A stretch of DNA of 64,000 bases from Schmidtea polychroa (taxonomy: Eukaryota), in the NCBI GenBank assembly GCA_044892525.1, contig CM097886.1, positions 37,386,001 to 37,450,000 of the forward strand, in the 5' to 3' direction. Both the position numbers and the translations under genes were made by a program. Position 1 is the first letter of the stretch; each line of letters opens with the position of its first letter. The notes under the pieces were generated by a model. The model saw only the letters and a list, made by a program, of their open reading frames with translations, did no database searches and was not told where the DNA came from. Below, piece after piece: positions 12,801 through 27,764 of the stretch.

Positions 12801-15800
12801 ATTAATCCGTTTTTGCATTATATGAATAGTCTACATAAAAACATTGTATTCACATGTGAAACGGGGAAAAATCATCTCTTGCTTTCTTGGATCTGTTAAT
12901 ACAACGTAAAGAAAAACACTTTGAGACAGAGTTTTATAGAAAAACAACTGATACTGGTTTCTATACTTCATCCGAAAGTTTTTGTGAAGTTCATGGTCTT
13001 TGTCTTTTACTTTTGCATGTTCAGTAAAAAGTGTTGACAAATTAGTTGAATTGTTAATGAAGAATGGTTATTCAAAATTATTTTTATTAATTATGGTAAA
13101 AGAGACTGTTGACAAATTTATTAAAAATCCTAAGGATCCATGTTTGAGAAAATCTTGGTGTGATGTTGTTTGAGTGTGTGAGTCTGATGAGTTAAATAAA
13201 TTAATGTGAGTAAGGATGATGAGCTTAAATTTGTGTTAGTATTGCCGTACTCAGAACGTTTTAAGGATTATAAACGGAAGATAAGAAAGCAGTTAGGGAA
13301 TTTAAAATTTAATGAACATATTTTTACCAGTTTATTATTTTAAAATTTTCATTTATTTCAATTATTGACTTTAATTTTAGTAAATTTTGAATTAAAAATT
13401 TTTAAAATCTGAATCCTCACAAATTTTGCATATAAAAGCCAATTTTATTCCATACAGACAGGCGTAGCAGTTACATCTACGAATTAATTTTAAATTAAAT
13501 TTCAAGAGTAAAAAAATCAATGAAAGATACAAACACGTGTTTGTAATTTCTATAATAAAAAAAATACAGACAAGAGATAAAGTAAAGTTTTTTTATGAAA
13601 ATAATTCTTTTAATGAAAGATTTACTACAAGTAAACTTTCATTTAGGAAAAAGAAGAAAGAAATTCTTGAGTTTTAATTATTTATTATTAATTAAATTAT
13701 TTAAATTATATAAATTTTTTTTACAAAATCTTTGATAATGAGTGATTTGCTTAATAAATTTTTAAATCTTGTTAATATTTATTTAATTATTTAATAAATT
13801 TAGCAATTAAAATTAACTTTTTTTTGATAAAATTCACGCAGATAATCAGATAATAATTAAAAATGTGAAATTTTCTGGAAATTTTCTGGACAATAATTTG
13901 TTAGCAGTAATTACCGTATATTTCGGCGTATAAGACGACCCTTAAAGTCAAAAAAATCATCTTTACATAACCAATATTTCATAAGATACCGGGTGTTGCA
14001 ATCTCTAGCCTAGGCTAAACAAACATGGTTTCGTTATTTAGCAGTCGTCTTATACAACCGATATATGATAAATCATAAAAATTTGCTCTAATTTTGTACC
14101 TCGTCTTGTCTGACGGTCGCCTTATACGCCGAAATATACGGTACTCGTTTTTTTGGATGTAAATAATACAAACACACATTATAAAATTTTATATTTTGCA
14201 AAACAGTGTACAAGTTGTGTAAAACGTAGCTTGAAAATTTTAAAGCTATATAGAATCCGAATTTTTTAAAAATAAATTACCACATGAACATTTACAATTA
14301 TTTTGATGCTAAATAAAATCTCGTGCAATGATGCTAAAACAAAAACGAATGGTAATCGATGTTTAAATTGGAGTTCTTTCTGAGATGTAATAAAAATCAT
14401 TTTATTTTTCAAAGTAATGAGTTCTTTATTTTTTCAACATCTTAAATTCGATTAATCGATACTTTGGATGACTTTTTGAATTTTAAATATTGTTCCAAAT
14501 TCAAAAAATCAGACTTGTGTGAAAATAATTATTTCTGTTCTAAAAGTATGAAGTTAATATTTTGTTTTCATTGCAAATCTAATTCATCATTATGTAAAAT
14601 TTAGTACAAAATACTTTCCTCCGATTTCATTAAATGTATTAGAAGCTGCTAAAACATATTCTAAATTGTTTTTTAAATCCGGTTCAAAAGTTAAAGACTT
14701 AATTCCAAATATTTATTTAATAAAATATTGTATAATTTCCAAACAAATTTTCCGCGCTGAATAAAATATTTTCAAAACCATTTATCAAAATATTTCAATA
14801 TTTAAAACATTTTTTAAAAATTTTTCATTAATAAAACTTCTTTTTTAAAAAGCTATTTTACTTTTTAATTTAAAAATTTCAACTTAAAAAATCCAATTTA
14901 AAAATTATTTTAAGTTATTTTAATAGTCAATTATTTACAATTTAAAATTATTTTGATAAACCATTGAAATATTTAACTCTCAGCTGAAAACACCTCACAA
15001 AATGTATTTTATTAAAATATAAAAATTTCTCTTTTATGATTTCAGCTAATGATGGATTTAGATTTTACAGAAATCAATAACCAAGATAATTTCTTTTTTA
15101 AAATATTGGTGGAATGACTAATTTCAAATCATATTTTAAAAGCACTTTAATTAATCATTTTTGAGCATATACTTCAAGAATTCATTTAAATTTAATTTAG
15201 GAACAAAGTTTATTTGATATGCTCACTGAAACACAGAAATACTCTAACCCAAATAATGTTATTGCATTCTCAGATAATAGTAGTGCAATTAAAGGATTTA
15301 CAACTCCGATTCTGTATATAACGGATCCAGCTTATCCTTCAGTGTAAAAATATTTTATTTTATTTAAAATGCCTAAATTAATACAATTAATACACCAATC
15401 CCTCGAATTACGCGGTACCCATTTTACGCGGTTATTATAAATAATATTTTTTTAATGAAATCAAACATATTTAGTGGCAAGTGTCTCTTAAATAATGATA
15501 ATAAACCAAATAAATTTACGTGTTAAAGACATTTCTGAAATTTTACAATTGACCAGTAACTTAGAAAATAAGGTTTTGGCCACTGATCCTGATTATGCCC
15601 GTGCTGTTAAATTCCAGTGAGACATTAAAAGCCTTTGCTCGCAATACAGTGAAATTTACAAAGATTAAAAAAAACAAAACACAAAAATTGATTACAGACT
15701 ATTTAATAAGATGAGAAGAAGAGCACGCTGCTGGATTTGAATCCGATGATAGTAGCGATTTCGAGCCAATCAAAAAGAAAAAATTAGTTGAATTAGAATA

Positions 15801-18800
15801 TAGTAGTGAGGAGGCGGAATAATTAAGTTACAATTATTCATACATACCTTTAACTATGAACATGTTATAAATTTTACAATTTAAAATTTAAATGTCGATT
15901 TTTTAGATCTATTTCTAAATAAAATTGTATTTTTTATGCCTCGTTTTACGCGAGTTTCTGGAATCTATACTTTATATGAACTGGAAGTCTCGATTTACGC
16001 GGTTTCGATTTGCGTGTTATTTTCTCGGAACGTATCTACCGCATAAATCGAGGTATTGGTGTATTTGTAAATCAATTGATATAAATTATAAATAAATTTA
16101 CTAGTTTGATGGATGATTAAAATATTATTTTTTTATCTATTTTATTATGAAGATTTTTCAAAATTTTTAGAGGTTTTAAAATTATATGTTACAAGTAAGT
16201 TTCATACTATTCATTTTAAGTTTTATCATTATTTATATTGGAATAGTTGTGAAATTATGTTGTATGGAGCGACTAACTGTTACAGATCTTTTATATTTTT
16301 AAACATTCCGAATTAATTGAAAATCATAAATTTCAAACATTAAAGGTTTGCAATAAATATTTGCAATAAATATGAGCTTTTTATTATATATATTAAAAAG
16401 AAATCAGTGTTGAAATTGGAAAAAGAGTTCTTTTAATTTTTATTATATATAATGATAAATGAATATTGTCTGATAAATGCAAACGCGTTTCCAAAATATA
16501 ATCCGCGACAACTATTGTACAAAAAGTAGAGATAGAAAATAAAACAGAAGCATAGTTAAAATCAATAAAAACACCAAAATAGTGAAAGTGCAAAAATTAA
16601 TTAAAAATTTATAAAAATTTGAAAATTAATATTGATTGAGAAACAGGTATGATTGAACGCCAAATCATGGGACGAGTCCAAAAATATTAAAAAATATTTA
16701 GTGAAGGATCCCTAGAGAAAAATATAACGAGATAACAAACTAATTAAAATAAATTAATCGACTAATGGGAAATCTGAGCTAATGGGAAATCCGAATCAAT
16801 GGGAAACCTGGAATGTATAGAGAGCCGAACAGTAATGAAAGCTGGGAAATTATTAAATAATCTAACTGAATTTTAGATAAAGCATCAAAGGCGAGGCCGA
16901 ACAATTGACTTGTTGTAAAACCAATTAGACACGAATTTCGGGAATAATTGATTAGCAATAATTAAAATGTTTTCGGAAAGCTAGTATAAAACGAAAGCTG
17001 CAGAAAAGCTAGTCGTCAGTTGAGCGAAGAGAAAAAGATTTAAAAGAATTGTTTGAAGCGAATTAAGAAAGAATCAAACAGAGGTCAATGAAATGAAAGT
17101 AACAAACTTTGAAGGAAAACCTTGAATCATATTTCTTATACGTACCAGAAAAGGTGGGCACTCATTGAATCATCTGCCTTAACGTTAGTTAAATAAATAA
17201 ATAAAAGTGCAAATATTTGTGACGAGTTATAAATCGCATTGAGAATCAATAAATTTGTTTGTATTGGGTCTTAGTTATTTGATTTATAAAAAGGACTCGA
17301 AAAGTCAGAAATTAACCGACTTTATTGATCCATAATTCAACAAATCTTTTTCCAATTAAAATTTGTTGGTATTATTTTGAGAAATTAGAAAGAAGATGCA
17401 AATATAAAAAATGGTTTACTATTATTAAGAATTTCAATAATATTTAATTTCTCATCATATTGGAAAATTTTGAACTAAATTTTAATTAAATAAATAAATT
17501 TTATTTCAATTTTTAATTTCCAATAATGCTTATTCTTTCAAAATGTGCTATTTCAAGTGAGCACATGATATTAATTTTAATAATTTTATGATTTGGACTT
17601 GACAACATTCTACTAAAATAATTTATAAATAATTTTAAAAAATTAATCTTAATTTGTATTTCAATTTAAATGAATTTATATTTTGTACTCTTTAAATAAC
17701 TGAATATTTTGATACCTCTTTCATAACTGAATGCAAGATACACATTATTTTGTTGGTTCTGAGTTTTCCTAACTTACATTGAAGAAATTGAATTGCAAGT
17801 GCTAACAATTAAATTACAAATAATGTACAGCACATAGCCACCAGGTTAAAGTTCATAGTTTCATAAATTTTGTGTTTATTTTGTTTACATCTGTTGTCCC
17901 AAGCTTTTGTTTTATCATAAGCCATTAATTTGTAAATTATTTTTTTGAATCTTTATTAAGTAACGTGAATTTCTCCATTACACTTTATATTAAACATTTA
18001 ATTCGATGATGATAAAGATTCAAATTTTGATTTTTTCTTTAATTTTATCATCATTTTTTCGGTTAAATTTTATCCGTCTGCCTTTGTGTTCTATAAATAA
18101 AATTTTAATTACTTGAATTTAAAAATTTACATATACAAATTCAAAATTTAGAATTTCATCAAATAATTAATTTTCTCTTTGGTTTCATACATTTCATGAA
18201 ATTTTGTTTGAAGAATTTCCTTTACAAATAAAATGATGGATAAATATATATTCTTATACAAAATTTAAGTTTTAAATTTAGGTATGAAATAAAAGATTCC
18301 TTTCAAAATGTTTGTTTCACGGCTGAAACGCATAATTTTCCTACAGGAGTAGCGCCTTTTCCGGGCGCAGCTACAGGCACCGGTGGCAGAATTCGTGATA
18401 TTCAAGCAGTCGGAATGGGAGGATACGTTGTTGCTGGATCAGCTGGATACTGTTTTGGTAATTTGAGATTACCTTATTATCCACTTCCATGGGAAACAAA
18501 TCCATGCTTTGAATATCCCTCAAATTTTGCGCAAGCATCAAAAATAGCCATTGAAGCTAGTAATGGAGCTAGTGACTATGGTAATGAATTCGGCGAACCA
18601 GTTATTAATGGGTTTTGTCGATCTTTTGGCATGGTTATGCCTTCCGGAGAATGGAAAGAATGGATAAAGCCTATCATGTTTAGTGGCGGAATCGGGCAGG
18701 TAATATATTTCATTTTAAATAATAATAAATTTAATTGCTAAATAAATTAAATTTAAAAATAATAAAAATATTACAAATAATAATTATTATCAAATTATAT

Positions 18801-19205
18801 TTTGAGAGAATATTTTCACAGATTAACTTTCAGTTTCTGTTTATTAAAAACAATGATTATGTAACAATATGTGTAAAGTAAAACCAATGAAACTTAAATT
18901 CACAACAGCAGTCAGTAATTAAAAAAATTTAAATACTGAAGGTATGAATATTTTGTTAAATGATAAGATAATATTTCTTGTTATTTTTGGTGTAGGTATA
19001 TAAGACTAATTGGTAAAATACATTTATTGAATCCCACATCTTTGTACCAAAAGTATCTGGTATTTGCGAATTTAGGAATGAGATTTCATTGCATACAACT
19101 CTCCTGATTTTGGTTGTTTGGAAATTCAATTGTGATGGTGCAATCACAATTATCATAGCGTAATTGTTGATTTGGACTTGACAGATCCATTGAGTGCATG
19201 TTCAT

Positions 19206-19286
<81 letters not shown>

Positions 19287-22200
19287 CAGTTGATGAATTT
19301 GATGTTAAAATGTTATTCAAGGAAATGAATTGTTGTCATATTGGTGGTTTGTATAGAAATAAATTTTGTCGTAAATTAAATATTTAAATTAAACTATAAG
19401 TCGTTTTAATTATGGAACAGTTTTTTCAACTTGTAAGTAGTGTGACCACAACAGGAGTTTATTGTTTTAATCTTTATGTATGATTTCAAATTAATAGTTT
19501 GAAAGCTTTATGAAAACTAAATTAAAAATAAATTTATCTTTCATTCGAATTTTTCCTAAAAAATTAAATTTAAAATGTCTTCGTTCACTATTACAACTTC
19601 ATTTATGAAACATACCAACTTTTCAAGATAGATATAAACATTCATTACAATAAGCTTTCCATCAAAAAGCTCCGCTATTTCCCAATATTCACCTGCAATA
19701 CAATCACAATGTTTTTCGGATTTTTTAAACATAAATTATCATCCAATGAAATTAATTTAAAATATCAAATATTACTTTGTTAATATGTGTAAAATAAAAG
19801 GCAACACAAATCTGTTTAATCTAACTAAATCATAAATACCAGATCAAAGGCGAAGAATTTCGATTTTAATTACATTATGTTAATATGTTAATATATTCTG
19901 TAAAAAATTGATAATATCTAAATCGAAATGCCGCTTATATTACATAAGTAAGGAAGCTCAGTTTTGTCTAGAATTCTGCAACAGCCATCAACAGAAATTA
20001 TATTATGAATTGAATATCAGACTTATTTTCATAGACAAATCTAATATAAATTTTCAGACGATGTGTTATAATCTGACTCTTCTTTTAATTAAAATATTAT
20101 AGAATTACCAATGTTATGAATTCACATAAATCTCTAAGTCATATCGATATCGTAAATGTCAAATGATTCATTTCAGAATTTTATCGTCGTTTCAGTTTAT
20201 TTTATTTTGCCTTTGAAAAAGTTTGCTTTCTCAATACAAATTGCCGGTCTTTTATTTTCTGTTTCATTAAATTTTAGTTTACATTATAAAAATATTTTAA
20301 AAACATTTCATTATGACACATAATTGGATATAGTTTATTTTGAATTGCAAATTAAAATTTATCAATTGTGGAATCTATAGCATCTCATATTTTCACACGT
20401 TTTCTGTATTAGAATTCTTTATTTTTTAAAATAATTAAATTTTATACATGACAACCGCTTATTATATATAAAAAATAGAGACTTGCATTCATTCATGTGG
20501 ATTTTCCTTCTCAAATTCAATTAAATTCCATACTTGTTTAATATACAATTGCGTAATTATTAAGGAACTTTGAAACTAAATGATCAGCTTGTTCAATTTT
20601 ATATCTATCATTTTGACTTCTTACAACTTCTTGTATGTTTATGAAACTATTGAATTTTTGCTAACCCTGTTAATAATTTGTAACAAATTGTTTTAATCTA
20701 GTGATTCTAACAAATTATTGTTATCATAATTTTACTTCAACTTTCTTTTTGCATTTTTAAAATGCTGAAATTGTATGAAGTTATAAAATTACATAAAATT
20801 AAAAAATTTCTTAGATTCTAACTCATTTGAGATTTTTCATTTGAAATAAATATTTGTCAAAATAATATTTTTATAATCTGTAGATGGAATAGGATTTGTA
20901 GTTCTATAATAAAATTAATTACAGAAAAGTAAATAACGTTAGTTTAGTATTTTCATCAACAAATGTCGTTTTTAACACTGAATTTACGGACCAGTCTCTG
21001 ATAGATTTTAGAGTATATTCTTAAATCAGCGGTTCCCAAAGTGTGGGTCGCGACCCACTGGTGGGTCGCGAAGCTATTTTCGGTGTGTCGCCAAAAATTT
21101 AATATTTGTATTACTGAGCATATTAATTTGCTTTTACTTAACTTGTCACAATATTTATATATAAGTAGGTTTGCGACAAAAAATTATTGCATATTTTTAG
21201 GTGGTTTAAAAATTAAACTTCTTTTTAGCAAATTTTTGTATTTAGAACTTGTTTTTAATAATCGCATCATAGCAACCATTTTTCTACATTTTAACCAGGC
21301 AACCAAACACAAATAACGGTTAATTAGAAATTTAGGATTACAAACTTTAAATATTCAGACAACCAGTGCAAATTTTGTTTTGGACTAAGTACGGTGTTGT
21401 GTTGTTAATAAAAAAGTTTATATATATTGTTAATAAAAGTGTTTCGTTAATAAAAAAACATAATTTAAAATCAAATGTAAGTATTTTTTAAATTTAGTGC
21501 TATAGTATTTCATGTAATAAATAAAGTTCTTAATATTCTTATTTTTAAAGAACCATTGCTGCGATGGATAAGTGGTTGAAAAACACTCCTGGGAAAAATC
21601 AAACAATTGAAAATGAAAAAGAAAAAGAAGGTTCTGTAGCAACAAAAACAGATAATAAGAGAAAATTTGGTGAGAATCCTTCAACAAGTTCGCAATCATC
21701 AAAACGTGGCAAAAGAAAATATGATTCTGAATATCTAAAATTTGGATTTACATGGAATAGAAAAGAAGATGATCCACGCCCACAGTGTGTTATTTGTCAA
21801 GAAATTCTGGCTAATGAAAGTATGCGACCTAACAAATTAATACGACATTTTGAGACGAAACATTCCGATTTAAAAAATAAGCCTATTGATTATTTTAAAA
21901 CCAAATTACAGGAATTAAATAATTCAAAAAATCTATTTTCTCGCTTCATCAGCATTAATGAAAAGGCTATGTTCGCCTCGTATCTCATTAGTTTGCGAAT
22001 TGCACAATCCGGTAAACCGCACACTATTGGAGAGTCATTAGTACTTCCAGCTATAAAAGATGCTGTTGGAATTATGTTTGGAGAGCAGAGCTTAAAAGAA
22101 GTTGAATCAATTCCACTTTCTAATAACACAGTTGCTCGTAGAATTGATGAAATGTCCGAATGGGTAGAAAATAAGCTTATCCATAGAATTCAAGTTAGTG

Positions 22201-24588
22201 GACTTTTTGCGTTGCAACTGGATGAATCAACCGATGTACAAGGTTTGTCCCAACTAATTATTTTCATACGTTTTATATGGTGCAACGAGTTCTTTGAAGA
22301 CATATTATTTTGTGAACCAATCATTCGAGGAACTGGTGAAATAATTTTTGATACGCTCGACACTTATATAACATTGAAAAAACTGGATTGGAAAAACTGC
22401 GTCGGAATATGTAGCGACGGTGCAAAAGCAATGTGTGGTGCTGTGACACGTTGTCTTCAAAAATGTCCAAATGCAACGTGGACTCACTGCACTATTCATA
22501 GAGAAGCGTTAGTATCCAAAAATATACCAAAAAGTCTAAATACTGTTTTGACCACTGCTATAAAAATTGTAAATTTTATTAAGAGCAAACCATTACAATC
22601 ACGATTATTTCAAAAACTCTGCGAAGAGATGGGAAGTTTACATAAATCTCTTCTGCTGCATACAGAAGTCCGCTGGCTATCGAAAGGCAAAGTCCTGACA
22701 AGACTTGTTGAACTTCGCGAAGAAGTAGCAATATATTTACATGAACATAAACAAGATGAGTACACATCAAATTTGCGCGATGTGAAATATGTAGTTTTGC
22801 TGACTTATTTAGCAGATATATTTTCGAAATTGAACGATTTAAATTTACAATTACAAGGAACAAATGGAATTGATATATTTTCGGTTCATGGTAAAATAAA
22901 AGCTTTTACAAAAAAACTTATGTTGTGGAAAAATAATGTTCAAGAAAATAAATATGACTGCTTTGATACATTCCAAACTTTTATCATTGAAAATGAAGTA
23001 ACGCCCAATAACGATTTAATTTCTTTAATAATTGAGCATTTGGACAGACTTAAAGAAAATTTTGATTTTTATTTCTATGGAGAAATGAAAAATCTAGAAA
23101 AATATACATGGGTTCAAAACCCATTTCAAAGTGGTTTAGTTACCGGTATATCGACGATAGCGGATGAGGAATTAATTGAGCTATTCGAAGATAGTGTTGT
23201 TAAATTACATTTTGACGGTACGAAATTGTTACAGTTTTGGTTATCGGTGCAAAACACATATCCAACTTTACACACCGCAGCGTTAAAAGTATTGCTTCCT
23301 TTCACAACTTATTATCTATGCGAGGTTGCATTTTCGTCAATGATTGCAATAAAAAATAAATATCGCAACAAATTACAGCTATCAAACTCCGCTTAATAAC
23401 AACAAATATAAAAGTAGATGTCGAAGATGTTATTGCAAAAAATAGAAAGCAGGCTCATTCATCTCATTCATCCTATTAATTATTCTTAAATATGCGTGTT
23501 AAATAAATATGTAAATCAACATTTTTAGCTTTTTTCTTGTTTTATTTACAGGTGGGTCGCGAAAACTTTGCGGTCTAAATAGTGGGTCTCGACTGGTAAA
23601 AGTTTGGGAACCCCTGTCTTAAATTATGAAAATATTTATTTTTTATTATCTATTGGCTAGTGACTTGCTTTAATCCGAAATAGGATATATTTTATAAGTT
23701 TTTTATTAGATACATTTGAATTGAAACTTTAAAATGTAATAATTTACATTTGACTAGTATGCTTCCATTTTCGAATTATTGAACGTGGTTTTAGATCAGG
23801 ATTATTATCAAAAAATTGTTTTGTATACTTGGATTTTGCTTGCTCTGATTAACTTAATTAATTTTTTATCTAAAAACTTTTCATGATAAAACAAACTGAC
23901 TTTAGAAAAGTGTCGAAAGTTTTCCAGACTGTGCAAAGAACGCTCATTACGGCACACCATATATATTTTGAGGTCACTTTTATAAACTTTACCAATAGGT
24001 GGATGTGAGCACGGACGCTTTTGATTGGCTAAATAAAATTATGACTCATCCCTCTACTTTTTCAAAAATTTTCAAAGTATTTTGAATCATACAATTATTT
24101 TTCAAAATATGTTTTAACAGCAGTTTTTTTAAAAATTTTTGTAAGATTTACTTTAATGATCTCATTAGTCATTAAATTCATGCATATATTGCACATGAAT
24201 TTGTTAACTTATTCAACTTTAAAAACTTGTCAAAACTTTCAAATCAGGAAAAGCTAAGTATTATTAAAAAGAGCAACAAATTCTCTAAGATGGTATGTTT
24301 CAACATTATTAACAAAATTTTATAATTCAGAAATTCTTATGAAAAAATTAACTTTTATTATGTTATAGAGCAGCATAAGACGAGTATTTTTCAATAAGAA
24401 ACTATAACTTTAAAATCAATTTATAAAAAGTTATAGTTTTCAATGTCTTTGTTCATCATGCGTTTATATTGCACATGTTCTTGTTAATCATGTACCTAAA
24501 TTCCAATGTCTTTGTTAATCATTAAATCTCTATTAATTTCTTTTACATTATTATTTCTTTTATAATCATGATTGTTTAGTTATATGTA

Positions 24589-24647
<59 letters not shown>

Positions 24648-27600
24648 TATTATTATTATTAATATTATTTTTTTATTATTTTATGATTAATTTATTATTA
24701 ACATATTGATATACACAAGAACTTGAAGCTAGAAACACTTTAAAGTATATATAAAATTTCATAAAAACAAATACACTATTAAAAAATTTGTTTAAGAAAT
24801 TTGTTTAAGATTTACAAATAATTAATATGAATAATAATAATTAGTTTATTTTATAATTAAGCTGTCTTCTTTGCACGTTAACAAATCCAGTCCGAATGTT
24901 AATCAATTAGTTATAAAAATTGGCGGTCCAGTTTATCGAATTGGCGTTGGTGGTGGGGCTGCCAGTTCTGTCGAGATTCAAGGTGACAGTAAAAGAGATA
25001 AAGAATTAGATCTTGGTGCAGTTCAAAGAGGTGATGCGCAAATGGAAAATAAAATGAATCGAGTTATTAGAGGATGCATTGATCTGAGAGACCTAAATCC
25101 CATTAAATCTATACACGATCAAGGAGCTGGTGGAAACGGAAATGTTTTAAAAGAATTAGTTGATCCTCTTGGTGCTATCATTGATGCTTCTAATTTTACG
25201 GTTATAATTCTTTATTGATTTTGTTCATATCTAGTCTAACTTATTTTTTACATATAAACTTATTAAATTTTGCCATCATTAGTTATTCATAAATATTCTA
25301 AGATTCTTATTCAATTATAAAAATTGGTTTTAATGAGAACTAAGTGCACACGAAGAACTTTTCATAGTTTCATTAAATTTATGCACATAAGTAAAAAAAT
25401 GTATTCATGGAAAAAGTTAATTCACGATAAATATTTATTGACATTTTCCTAGTTACTAATATATCAACCGTTTATTCATTCCTCCCTCTTCTATATTGTA
25501 TTTGCTCATGGATTTGGAGAATACTTCACTTTGTATTTTGAGTAGTAATTCCATATACTTATCATTCTGTTTGATTACAAGGAAATAATTCGACTTATTA
25601 AAGAATAATAGTCATCTTCCATTACTATGTTAATAATTATTTTTAAAATATTTCATTACATTGTAGTTATTGTAAAACCCCCAAAGCCTCATTTTCGACA
25701 CAAAAAGACAAATTTTTATGAAGAGCCGATATAAGCTGCTCATTAAAAACAATGATTTGTTGAAATATCAAATCTAAATTCAAAGTACCGCCTGAACTTT
25801 CAACTTGCCCATTCATTATAAATATTCGTAAATTGTATTCTAAATATGCATTGGATGGCTCAGTTAAGACTGGAGAAAGTGCTTCGTATATTCTTGAAAC
25901 TAATTCAAATCTCTTATCCAGAGAAATTTCTTCAATCGTTTCCACTAACAAATCTACTTCATTATAATTCTTTCGATCATTAAGATAACACATTAAATCA
26001 TCCGTTGATTCCAAGCTGACCTTCATGAATTCCAACATCAAATTAAAACTAAAATATTAAAAAATCAAATTTTATTTGCAATCAAACAGTCCGACTTAAT
26101 AACTAATATTTTTAAAAAAATCAATTTATTTAAAATTTTTATTATATTAATTTTGCTCCAACTATTATTGAGTTTTAACAACTTTATTAACGACAGGAAG
26201 AATATTTATAATTCTTTGTTCTGACATTGTTGTCACATTATCGCCACTATCACTATGAACATTCTCGAAACTATGTGCTAGATTTAGTTGGATCAGGGCT
26301 AAGTTATTATTTCTCACTAAGGTCCGTATTGATAATCTCATGAACTATCACCAGCCACTGACTAACTAATGAAAACATATATAGCTCTTAAACGCTGCAG
26401 AGTGGTATATTTATTTATTTGAATTATGCTAATATGAAGAATTGAATGCAGATTTTCATTTCTGATCTTTCTGATATTGAAATTCTAATTTATTCGTAGA
26501 AAATGTTTTCATATGTACTTTGATTCCAGTATAATCTGTCTTGAACAGGTTCCGTTTTACATTTTTCTTTTACGAGATTCCCACATTGTAATTCAATGAT
26601 TTCTAATTGAGTATTCGATTAAGATTTCTTCGCATCAACATAAAAGTTGAACTGTAGTTTTAAAAAGTGAACTGTAATTTTAAAAATCTATTGTACTGAA
26701 GGTTTTATGTGATTTTTGCTAGTGTGGGGTTGTAGCTGTTGACTTAATTTCATCTACAAAAGTGTTCGAACATCTGAGTCGTTTCTATGACTGGAGTTCA
26801 GTCACAACTCCAAAACAATCCACAATATGGCCAAACCACATCCGTCACAAGTATAGTTGGTGCTGTGCAGCTTGCGTGAAACTCAAAAACAAATTTTATT
26901 AACCACAGGGCCTGTTAAGTTCCGGATTCCATGGGTACAGGATGCTGATAGAAGACATGATATTCACTATATTCACTAAATTCACTTGAAAAAGGCAGTG
27001 CCGAAAATTCGTGAGTATCTAAAAACATCGATATATTACTGATTTATAGTCTCCAAGCTCTCTTTTTAATAAATTCAATGGGAAAAATAATCAGTGGTGA
27101 AATTCGAAAAAAAATTTCTTATAATACTATATACAGTTAACCCTCCTACAACGCGGTAGATAGGTTCCTAAAAAATGGCACGTTGTAGGAAAATTTCCGC
27201 ATTTTAGTAATCGCATTGTAACGAAACCGCGTTGTAGGAGGGTTGCCTGTATATCGTTTATAATATTCATCCCAACCATCAATTATGCTTAATTTCTGTT
27301 TCATAATTTTATTCCCCCTAACTTGATAAATGAAAAAAATTCAATAAAAATTTAAAGTTATATAAACTAATTATACCCACCCCTCAGAATTACGTATTTT
27401 CGCAAATTTGGAAATTCAACCATTTCTAAAATTTTTATTGTTCAATTACATGCACCGACCTAGCAAACTTCCAATATTGTAAAAATGTTAATACATTTTT
27501 TGAATTTAAATTGAATATTTTTATTTTATGGTTAATTTAGCAAATTTGAAGATTGAATGGGGGTTACTCGTTCTTTTACGGACTCAGGTAAATTTTTTTT

Positions 27601-27719
27601 AAGTTCCAAAACAAAATTATCTGAAAACTATTTTCCGAAGTTCAACGAATCTCGTTATGTGGTAGTCAAAACTTATTTTATTTTTTATCGAGTTAATAAG
27701 AATGTTTAAATTTACTAGC

Positions 27720-27764
<45 letters not shown>

